The notes beneath the pieces were generated by a model. It saw nothing but the letters and a program-made list of their open reading frames with translations. It searched no databases and was not told where the DNA came from. Source: Verrucomicrobiota bacterium (GTDB lineage: Bacteria; Verrucomicrobiota; Verrucomicrobiia; Limisphaerales; J093). From it: a stretch of DNA of 64,000 nucleotides. Below are positions 48,070-56,841 of this stretch, piece after piece (the first letter of the stretch is position 1; each line of letters opens with the position of its first letter). Location: NCBI GenBank assembly GCA_029556615.1, contig JAKQDD010000196.1, positions 11,167 to 75,166 on the forward strand. The letters are read 5' to 3'. The position numbers and the translations under genes are program-made.

Positions 48070-48310
48070 ACCCCAGCCAGTCGGGAAGGTGCTCTTCACA
48101 CCAACGCCGGTAATCCGCAGTCGTGTCGAACGCCCGGAACGGCTCGTCATCCAGGACGGGCTTGTAGGTGCGAATGAACGCGTAGCGGAAACGAGTGGCG
48201 AGCGGGCGCCGGGCAGCCGCTTCGAACTCCTCGATCCAGTCAAGGGGAACAGGCGCAACCTCGGGAGATGTCCGGTTCACCGCCGTCTGGCTGGCTGCCT
48301 CGGTTGCCAT
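48056..48310 (-). CDS. small hypothetical partner protein of the nucleotidyltransferase
   Basis: Start at MATEAASQ (ATG 48310). 84 aa. The C-terminus YRRWCEEHLPDWLGYGRV overlaps the NTase start by 14 nt. No family recognised. Confidence 0.5.
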   Translation of the reverse strand: MATEAASQTAVNRTSPEVAPVPLDWIEEFEAAARRPLATRFRYAFIRTYKPVLDDEPFRAFDTTADYRRWCEEHLPDWLGYGRV

Positions 48311-48533
48311 GGGAGATACTCTAGTCGGTCCGCACACACTTGCCAGTGCAAACAACGCCGACGGCGTCGCCCTTCACATTGGGCCCACAGCTTCAGCCGA
48401 CTCTTTGCGCATCCGGGCCGCTGGGCGTCGCTGGGGGATTGGCCCACAAGATCGCCAGATTGCGATGGTGGCGAAGGTACCAACCTTGGTATTCTATTCT
48501 GTTCGTGCGACCGAAACGCCATCGTATGCTGTC

Positions 48534-48561
48534 TTGACAGCATAAAAGTCGATGCTATTAT
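48534..48561 (+). promoter_or_regulatory. sigma70-type promoter of vapBC with an embedded inverted repeat; implies leaderless vapB mRNA
   Basis: TTGACA (48534-48539), a 16-nt spacer, then TATTAT (48556-48561). The spacer contains AGCAT-N8-ATGCT. The GTG start of vapB is at 48568, about 7 nt after the -10 box. Confidence 0.55.
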
Positions 48562-48567
48562 GCCGCT

Positions 48568-48816
48568 GTGAGAACGACAGTGACGATCGACGCCGATACC
48601 GAGGCGTTGCTGAAGGAGGAAGTCGCCCGGACGGGACAGTCTTTCAAGGTGGTGTTGAACCAGGCGGTGAAGCGGGCTTTGAGACGCCCTTCGACCCGGG
48701 CTCGAGTCGAGCCGCTGTTTTCGGCTCCGTTTCCAGTCGAACTGGCGCGCCAGAGCTTCAATCGACTCGCTGCGGAGTGGGAGGATGAGGATACGGTGAA
48801 GGAACTTTCTTCATGA
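48568..48816 (+). CDS. vapB: VapB-type antitoxin
   Basis: MRTTVTIDADTEALLKEEVARTGQSFKVVLNQAVKRAL is a typical antitoxin N-terminus. It has a 4-nt ATGA overlap with the PIN gene. Confidence 0.7.
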   Translation: MRTTVTIDADTEALLKEEVARTGQSFKVVLNQAVKRALRRPSTRARVEPLFSAPFPVELARQSFNRLAAEWEDEDTVKELSS

Positions 48817-49244
48817 TTCTGCCCGATTTGAACCTCCTGCTGTACGCCTACAATCCCCACACGCTGCAGCATGAGGCTGCCCGGCGCTGGTGGGAAGGGG
48901 CGATGAACGGCGACGAACTCATCGGACTGCCTCTCGAAGTCGCCTTCGGTTTCATCCGCGTGGCCACGAATCCACGGCTGGGGCCGGCGAGGGTCGCCTT
49001 GGCGGACGCGCGCCGGGTGGTGGAGAGTTGGCTGGATCTTCCGCAGGCGCGGGTTCTGAGCGCTGGCGCTCGGCACTTTACCCGGGTGATGGACTTGATG
49101 ACGGCGGCCATGGCGGCGGGACCGGTCCTGTCCGATGCCATACTGGCCGTGTACGCCATCGAGCATCGCGCGACGCTATTCACCAACGATGGAGACTTCG
49201 GGCGGTTTCCGGGATTGAAGTGGGAGAATCCGCTCCTGCGATGA
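48813..49244 (+). CDS. vapC: PIN-domain ribonuclease toxin VapC
   Basis: Acidic residues are in PIN positions: LPDLNLL near the N-terminus, LPLEVAFGF, LSDAILAVYA, and LFTNDGDFGRF near the C-terminus. Confidence 0.85.
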   Translation: MILPDLNLLLYAYNPHTLQHEAARRWWEGAMNGDELIGLPLEVAFGFIRVATNPRLGPARVALADARRVVESWLDLPQARVLSAGARHFTRVMDLMTAAMAAGPVLSDAILAVYAIEHRATLFTNDGDFGRFPGLKWENPLLR

Positions 49245-49358
49245 CCCCGAGCGCAAGCGCTTGGTGGCGGCTGTCGGGGGCAAAATTGTCTGGCACCCGC
49301 GGGCCGGCTTGCCCAACATCCGGGCCGAGCGGTTGACGGCTGGATCGGTTGCATCCGC

Positions 49359-49613
49359 ATGAAAGCGAAGATCATCATCACTCCGAAGAAGGCGGTCCTG
49401 GATCCTCAGGGCAAGACGGTTCAGAACGCGCTCGAACACCTGGGGTACCAGGGGGTGACGGGTGTGCACGTGGGCAAGTACATTGAGATCGAGCTCGCTG
49501 CGGGAACGGATCCGGAGGCTGCGCGCCGGGCGTTGAATGAAGCCTGCCACCGGTTTCTCAGCAACCCGATCATCGAGGACTATCGGCTCGAGCTCGACCC
49601 GGCCGCCGCCTGA
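49359..49613 (+). CDS. purS: phosphoribosylformylglycinamidine synthase subunit PurS
   Basis: 84 aa. [29 protein letters not shown]...[11 protein letters not shown] is near-consensus for PurS. Confidence 0.9.
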   Translation: MKAKIIITPKKAVLDPQGKTVQNALEHLGYQGVTGVHVGKYIEIELAAGTDPEAARRALNEACHRFLSNPIIEDYRLELDPAAA

Positions 49614-49621
49614 CACCCCTG

Positions 49622-50347
49622 TTGACCACCGTGCACTTCGCCGTCATTCAATTCCCCGCGTCGAACTGCGATCAGGATTGCCGGCACGCCATCCGGGTGC
49701 TGGGGCACGAGGCCGAGTTTGTGTGGCACAAGGAAACCGGGCTGGGGGCAGTGGATGCCGTGATCATCCCGGGCGGGTTCAGTTACGGGGACTATTTGCG
49801 GTGCGGGGCGATCGCGCGCTTCAGTCCGGTGATGCAGGCGGTGCAGGAGTTTGCCGCCGGGGGCGGGTTGGTGATCGGGATCTGCAACGGATTCCAGATT
49901 CTCTGTGAGGCGGGGCTTCTGCCCGGAGCGCTGGTGCGGAACCGGGACCTGCAATTTCACTGCGAACCGGTGCATCTCCGCGTTGCGACGCACGATTCTC
50001 CGTTCACGTGCAAGGTGCCGGCGGGCCGGATCCTGCGGATCCCGATCGCGCATGGGGAGGGCTGCTACTACGCCGACGCCGCGGTGCTGTCGGAGCTCGA
50101 ACGTCGCCGGCAGATCCTCTGGCAGTACTGCGACGCGGACGGCAACCTGACCGAGTCGGCGAATCCGAACGGATCGCTGCTGAACATCGCGGGGATCTGC
50201 AACGAACAGCGGAATGTGGCGGGCCTGATGCCCCACCCGGACCGCGCCAGCGAGGAGATCCTCGGCAGCGCGGACGGGCGTTTGATCTTCGAGAGCATGA
50301 TCGAGGCGCTTCTCGTCTCCCGAGAGTCCTCGACTTCTGAAACATAG
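49622..50347 (+). CDS. purQ: phosphoribosylformylglycinamidine synthase I (glutaminase subunit PurQ)
   Basis: [14 protein letters not shown], catalytic [15 protein letters not shown]. The start is TTG 49622 or GTG 49631. The last ~8 codons lie inside repeat copy C. Confidence 0.9.
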   Translation: MTTVHFAVIQFPASNCDQDCRHAIRVLGHEAEFVWHKETGLGAVDAVIIPGGFSYGDYLRCGAIARFSPVMQAVQEFAAGGGLVIGICNGFQILCEAGLLPGALVRNRDLQFHCEPVHLRVATHDSPFTCKVPAGRILRIPIAHGEGCYYADAAVLSELERRRQILWQYCDADGNLTESANPNGSLLNIAGICNEQRNVAGLMPHPDRASEEILGSADGRLIFESMIEALLVSRESSTSET

Positions 50348-50501
50348 GGTCAACAGGTCAAGTTTGGTCCCTGCTGTTCCGGGCCTTCCCTCCTTCCGTC
50401 GAGGACTCTCCATTAGCGAGGCGTGGAAGAGAGGGTCCGGAAAGGCAGGAAGGCTTCATGGGATCGCGGACTTCGTTAGGTCTGAGGCGGCGCCTCGCTA
50501 G
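50322..50501. repeat. two-hairpin dispersed intergenic element, copy C
   Basis: Helix 1 is 50322-50334 / 50398-50410 (13 bp perfect). Helix 2 is 50414-50423 / 50491-50500 (10 bp perfect). It spans the whole purQ/frr intergenic gap. Confidence 0.85.
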
Positions 50502-51058
50502 ACCGTCATGATCTCCTTCTCCTTGTGGGCGACGTGCTGGTCGATTTTGGCGATGTACTCGTCGTGGCACTTCTGGACTTCCTTCTCGGCGTGCTTCTCT
50601 TCGTCCTCGGTGACGCCCCCGGCCTTGGCGGTTTTCTTGAGCTGCTCGATGGCCTCCCGGCGCACGTGACGGACAGCGACGCGGCTGTCCTCGGCCATCT
50701 TGCGGACGATCTTGACGAATTCCTGCCTGCGTTCCGTGCTGAGCTCGGGGAACACGATCCGGAGGACCTTCTTGTCGATGGCCGGGTTCAGTCCCAGGTT
50801 CGCCTTTTGGATGGCCTTCTCGATGGGATGGAGGGTGGTGACGTCCCACGGTTGGATCACCAGGACGCGGGGTTCGGGCGCGGTGATGCCCGCGAGCTCC
50901 CGGAGGCGCATCTGGGAGCCGTAGGCGTCCACCATGAGGTTTTCGACCAGGGTGGCGGAGGCTTTGCCGGTGCGGACGCCGCCGAACTCGTGGAGGAGCA
51001 CCTGCTCGGTCTTTTGCATCTTCTCACGGGCTTCGGCCAGGATTTGCGGGATGGTCAT
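50498..51058 (-). CDS. frr: ribosome recycling factor
   Basis: 186 aa. The sequence TGKASATLVENLMVDAYGSQMRLRELAGI...VIQPWD...KAIQKANLGLNP is typical of RRF. Confidence 0.95.
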   Translation of the reverse strand: MTIPQILAEAREKMQKTEQVLLHEFGGVRTGKASATLVENLMVDAYGSQMRLRELAGITAPEPRVLVIQPWDVTTLHPIEKAIQKANLGLNPAIDKKVLRIVFPELSTERRQEFVKIVRKMAEDSRVAVRHVRREAIEQLKKTAKAGGVTEDEEKHAEKEVQKCHDEYIAKIDQHVAHKEKEIMTV

Positions 51059-51130
51059 AGGCTGGGGTTCTTTCGTTGACTGAGTGATGTTGCGGGGTCT
51101 TTTCGGATCCTGAGGGTGCCGTGCGGCGGA

Positions 51131-53085
<1,955 letters not shown>

Positions 53086-53089
53086 GAGC

Positions 53090-53110
53090 CCGGCGTGGAC
53101 GCCACGCCGG
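53090..53110 (+). terminator. 9-bp GC hairpin just after the ruvB stop
   Basis: CCGGCGTGG-acg-CCACGCCGG, 5 nt after the stop codon. The T-run (CCTTTTG) lies 12 nt further downstream, so this is a weak intrinsic-terminator candidate. Confidence 0.3.
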
Positions 53111-53140
53111 TCGCAGACGGCCTTTTGCAGGAGCCCGGTG

Positions 53141-53551
53141 TCAGCGGCTGGACCGGGGTGCGGGCTTGGCCTTCTTCGGCTTGTCCTTCTTGATCCCGGA
53201 GTACTCGGGCAGGCTGAAGGAGAAGAGCGTGACACCCTGGGGGGCGCGGGTGATCGGGTCCAACTCGAGGAATTCGGTGCCGTCGCCGTAGGCGGCCGGA
53301 GCGAGGGGATTGATCATCTGAAGCGGATTCTCGCTTCGGGCGATGGCGGGGATGGCGCCGCGAGTCTTGCGTCGGTCGGGCAGGGTGGGGGGGACGGTCC
53401 GGCCTGGGGTGGGCGCGCTCACGCTACCCGGGCCGGTCGTGCTCACGTTGACCGGCGGGTCGGAACGGGCCGGAGCGGTGGCCGGGGCTGGATCGGCCGC
53501 CCGGCTGTCGGCAACGCAGAGAACTCCGCACAGGAGGAGGATCGCCTTCAT
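53141..53551 (-). CDS. hypothetical small secreted Pro-rich protein
   Basis: Start at MKAILLLCGVLCVADS (ATG 53551). Low-complexity Pro/Ala/Thr region. Lys-rich tail KKDKPKKAKPAPR. Confidence 0.4.
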   Translation of the reverse strand: MKAILLLCGVLCVADSRAADPAPATAPARSDPPVNVSTTGPGSVSAPTPGRTVPPTLPDRRKTRGAIPAIARSENPLQMINPLAPAAYGDGTEFLELDPITRAPQGVTLFSFSLPEYSGIKKDKPKKAKPAPRSSR

Positions 53552-53677
53552 GATGTCAGCGTCATCCCGGGTCCGCCGGGCGACGGGCCAACCGTCGGCG
53601 AAACGGCACCTTCTTGTCAACTCCGGGGCCGAGGAAATCTGCTTGTCCGGCTCCCGGCGGAGGCGTAGGAGAAAGTC

Positions 53678-54205
53678 ATGAACGCCCCGTCATCGACTCC
53701 TCCGGACCGGGCGCCCGTGCCGCCCACGGGACCGGCGGCGCCGGCGCTTGGAATTCGCCGCATTCTGGTGCCTTTGGATTTTTCGGAGCACGCGCTCAAG
53801 GCGTTGCGTTACGCGACGGCGCTGGCCCGTCAATTCGGCGCCTCGCTGCTTCTGGTTCACGTGACGGAGCCGATTGTCTATCCATCCGACTTCGGCTATG
53901 CGCCGCTGCCGCCGAACGCGCTCGAGGAGAACTTCCAGCGCGACGCGCAGGAGCGGATGCAGGTCGTGGTGGCGAGCATTCAGCAGGAGGGCATCGAGGC
54001 GCGGGTACTCCTGCGCGTCGGCCGGCCGTATCATGAGATTGTGACCGCGGCTTCGGAGTGCGGAGCCGACCTGATCATCGTCACGACACACGGGTACACG
54101 GGGCTGACCCACGTGTTGCTGGGCAGCACGGCGGAGCGGGTGGTGCGTCACGCTCGCTGTCCGGTGCTGGTGGTGCGGGACGTGGAAGCCGAATTCGTGA
54201 GGTAA
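53678..54205 (+). CDS. universal stress protein (UspA family)
   Basis: ILVPLDFSEHALKALRYA...LLLVHV...DLIIVTTHGYTGLTHVLLGSTAERVVRHARCPVLVV. Confidence 0.85.
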   Translation: MNAPSSTPPDRAPVPPTGPAAPALGIRRILVPLDFSEHALKALRYATALARQFGASLLLVHVTEPIVYPSDFGYAPLPPNALEENFQRDAQERMQVVVASIQQEGIEARVLLRVGRPYHEIVTAASECGADLIIVTTHGYTGLTHVLLGSTAERVVRHARCPVLVVRDVEAEFVR

Positions 54206-55197
54206 CCGCCGGATCGGAACCACGCGACGGCGTCCGCCAACGCCTGGCGCGGCGGGGTCTGGGGCAGTCCCAAGTCGCGGATCGCCTTGGCCGGATTGAA
54301 GAACATCCGGTAGCGCGCCATGCGGACCCCGGCCAGCGGGGCTCGCGGCGGCTTTCCTGTTCTGGCGGCGAGGCGCTCCGCGAGGTGGGCGGCGACGAGG
54401 GCCAAGGGGTAGGGGATCCTGAACTTCGGGGCCGGGAGCCCGCTGATCTCCGCAAGAACGTCCAGTGCCTGTTTGAGGGTCCAGTTGCCCTCGGCGTGTC
54501 CCAGGATGTAGCGGTCGCCGACACGTCCTTTTTCCGCGGCCAGGATATGGCCCGCCGCGACGTCGCGCACATGCACCCAATTCAGGCCGGTGTCCAGGTA
54601 GGCGGGCAGGGCGCGATTCAGGAAATCGACGATGATCTTGCCGGTGGGGGTTGGCTTGACGTCGCGGGGGCCGACGGGGGCGGTGGGGTTGACAATGACG
54701 ATCGGCGCCCCGCGGCGGGCCAGGCTGCGGGCCACTTCTTCGGCGCGCCATTTCGAGCGTTTGTAGTCATTGCTCATTTGGCGCCAGGGTGCGGAGGCCC
54801 GCTCGTCGCTGGGCACCAACACGCCCTCCTGCATCCGCGGCAGGCCGATGCACCCCACGGTGCTCGTGTGGACGATCCGCGAACAGCCCGCGCGCCAGGC
54901 GCCTTCGAGCACGTGTCGTGTTCCGGCCACGTTCGTCTCGTACATGGGCTCATAGTCCCGCATCCAGAGCGCGTAGCAGGCCGCCACATGGAAACACCAG
55001 TCGCATCCTCGGATCCAGCCGGCCATTCGTTCCCGGTCGAGCACGTCCCCCTCGATCTGCTCGTACTCCGCCCCCTGCAAGCCGCGCCGATCGGCGTTGG
55101 GCCGCAGCAGGGCACGCACCCGATGCCCCCGGGCCAGGAGTTCATGGACGAGATTGGCGCCGACAAACCCGGAAGCGCCGGTGACGAAACACTGCAT
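54148..55197 (-). CDS. NAD-dependent epimerase/dehydratase (HpnA / dihydroflavonol-reductase-like)
   Basis: Start at MQCFVTGASGFVGANLV (ATG 55197). YKRSK catalytic motif. VKPTPTGKIIVDFL and GVRMARYRMFFNPAKA resemble hopanoid-associated sugar epimerases as I recall them. The 3' end overlaps the usp gene by 58 nt. Confidence 0.75.
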   Translation of the reverse strand: MQCFVTGASGFVGANLVHELLARGHRVRALLRPNADRRGLQGAEYEQIEGDVLDRERMAGWIRGCDWCFHVAACYALWMRDYEPMYETNVAGTRHVLEGAWRAGCSRIVHTSTVGCIGLPRMQEGVLVPSDERASAPWRQMSNDYKRSKWRAEEVARSLARRGAPIVIVNPTAPVGPRDVKPTPTGKIIVDFLNRALPAYLDTGLNWVHVRDVAAGHILAAEKGRVGDRYILGHAEGNWTLKQALDVLAEISGLPAPKFRIPYPLALVAAHLAERLAARTGKPPRAPLAGVRMARYRMFFNPAKAIRDLGLPQTPPRQALADAVAWFRSGGYLTNSASTSRTTSTGQRA

Positions 55198-55248
55198 GGG
55201 GAGTTTATGGGGCGCCTGCCGTCGGGGCTGCAATGCGAAAACAGGACT

Positions 55249-56841
55249 TCACGGTTCGCAAGGGGCGGGCAGGACGGTCAGCCACGGCTGGTCGGACTCG
55301 CGGACGAGCAACTGGGCGGGTTGTGCATGCCGGGGTTCGAGGCTGAAGCGGGCGGTGGCGAACGCGGGCGGCACATCGGTGGTGCGGGTGCAGAGGACGC
55401 GAAACGGTCTGTTGTCGGGGCGGGCGTTCTGGCTCGCCACGAACTCGAGAGGGACAATCACCTCCTCCGGCGGCACCTGGACCGGCGCGGCGCTGACACC
55501 CTCCGGTAGTCCCATCGCCGTGAGGGTCAGGAAATCCTCGGAGCCAGGAGGCCTGAGGACAGTGACGGTGAGGCGTCGGGTCTCGCCGGGCATCACTCGG
55601 AAGGCATGAGCGGGCAGCCGGGTTTGGAACGTGTTGCGGGGGCGGTCGACCTCGATCTGGCAGGTGTGCAGGGGGCCGCCCTCGCCGCGCCGGTCGGTCA
55701 GCAGCAGGTAATACATGTCGGTCGAGGGCGCGATCCATGTCAGCACCGGATCCGGGGCCGGGGATGCCTCCGCCAGCGGTTGCCGGGCGGCGTCGAGGAC
55801 GCGGAGCACGGGTTGTAGCGGGGATCCGATGCTGCCCACGCGGGCGACGAAGCGGTATTGCTCGCTTTGGCGGGCTTGGAATTCGTAGAGGATCTCCCGT
55901 CCCGGCGGGGTTACGACGGCTCGCGTCAGGCTCGGCACCATGAGGGTTCGCGCGGTGTAGACGACCGGGGCCAAGCGTTGCTCGTTGACGTTTCCACCCG
56001 TCAGGGACTCCCGCGGCACGTGATCGAGCCCATCGATTCGGATCTCGAGGCGGTAGATGGCAGCCGCCGGGTCAACCGGCGTCCCCGGGGCTGAGGCCAT
56101 CGGACGGATCTCGAGCTGATAGAGCCCGCCGACGGCGATGGGGCAGGCGAGTTGCGCGTCGCCTCCGGGGTACTCCGGCGTGCGGCCCAGGGCGAATCCC
56201 GTCGGGTCCAGGAGTGTCGCCTGGGCGAGGATTGGCGAATCGAGGCCTCGGGTGATCACCCGGATTCGGGCCAGGCATTCCCCGGCGATCAGCAGGGGTA
56301 CGCGGTCAGGTTCATCCGGTGTCGTGAGCCGCCCGTTGACGGCCGCGGGGTAACGTTCCACGGCGTTGAAGGTTGTGGCTCGGCTCGCCGCGGGTTCGGT
56401 GAGCTCGACTCCGGTGCCGATCATGAACACGCGCGGTGGGCTGGCGCCGCGGGCATCGAAGAACCGGATCAGGCGGGGGCCAGGGGTCGCGCTTGCCGCA
56501 ACGTCGAGCTGGAACCAGCCGTTGCTCGAGACCGCACGGAACCGGACGGCGTCGTCGTCAGCCCAGCCTTCGAGCGGCCAGGACTCCCAGCGTCCGCCCA
56601 CTTCCACCTCGCATGATGCGCCGGTGCTGGCGCCCATGGGGTAGACGTAGTCGATCCGGGGCGGTTCGCCCGGAAACCCCTCGAGCACGAGAAGCAAGAG
56701 TCCCAGCAGCAGTTGAAAGGCCTGTGGGCCGGCTGTCGAGGGAGCCAGGCCACTCGGTCCCGAGCCGGTGCCGGCCGGGGTGCCGGAGGGCGTCATCGGG
56801 GCAGGGGTTGGCGTCGCCCATCTGGGGGTCACGGGTTCCAT
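55249..56841 (-). CDS. hypothetical secreted/membrane-anchored protein (beta-sandwich-like repeats)
   Basis: Begins immediately after the GH78 stop. TM helix FQLLLGLLLLVL. Ordinary composition. No motif recognised. The exact start is uncertain. Confidence 0.5.
   Translation of the reverse strand: MEPVTPRWATPTPAPMTPSGTPAGTGSGPSGLAPSTAGPQAFQLLLGLLLLVLEGFPGEPPRIDYVYPMGASTGASCEVEVGGRWESWPLEGWADDDAVRFRAVSSNGWFQLDVAASATPGPRLIRFFDARGASPPRVFMIGTGVELTEPAASRATTFNAVERYPAAVNGRLTTPDEPDRVPLLIAGECLARIRVITRGLDSPILAQATLLDPTGFALGRTPEYPGGDAQLACPIAVGGLYQLEIRPMASAPGTPVDPAAAIYRLEIRIDGLDHVPRESLTGGNVNEQRLAPVVYTARTLMVPSLTRAVVTPPGREILYEFQARQSEQYRFVARVGSIGSPLQPVLRVLDAARQPLAEASPAPDPVLTWIAPSTDMYYLLLTDRRGEGGPLHTCQIEVDRPRNTFQTRLPAHAFRVMPGETRRLTVTVLRPPGSEDFLTLTAMGLPEGVSAAPVQVPPEEVIVPLEFVASQNARPDNRPFRVLCTRTTDVPPAFATARFSLEPRHAQPAQLLVRESDQPWLTVLPAPCEP

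Noticed and set aside
54148-54205. Convergent gene overlaps: usp/epimerase 58 nt, sialidase/uvrA 41 nt at 17450-17490, MBOAT-partner/MnmC-like 50 nt at 24843-24892, and Lrp/EamA 11 nt.
   Set aside because: These are probably ordinary consequences of late stop codons in GC-rich DNA. The C-terminal tails involved are low-complexity. There is no evidence of a regulatory antisense arrangement.
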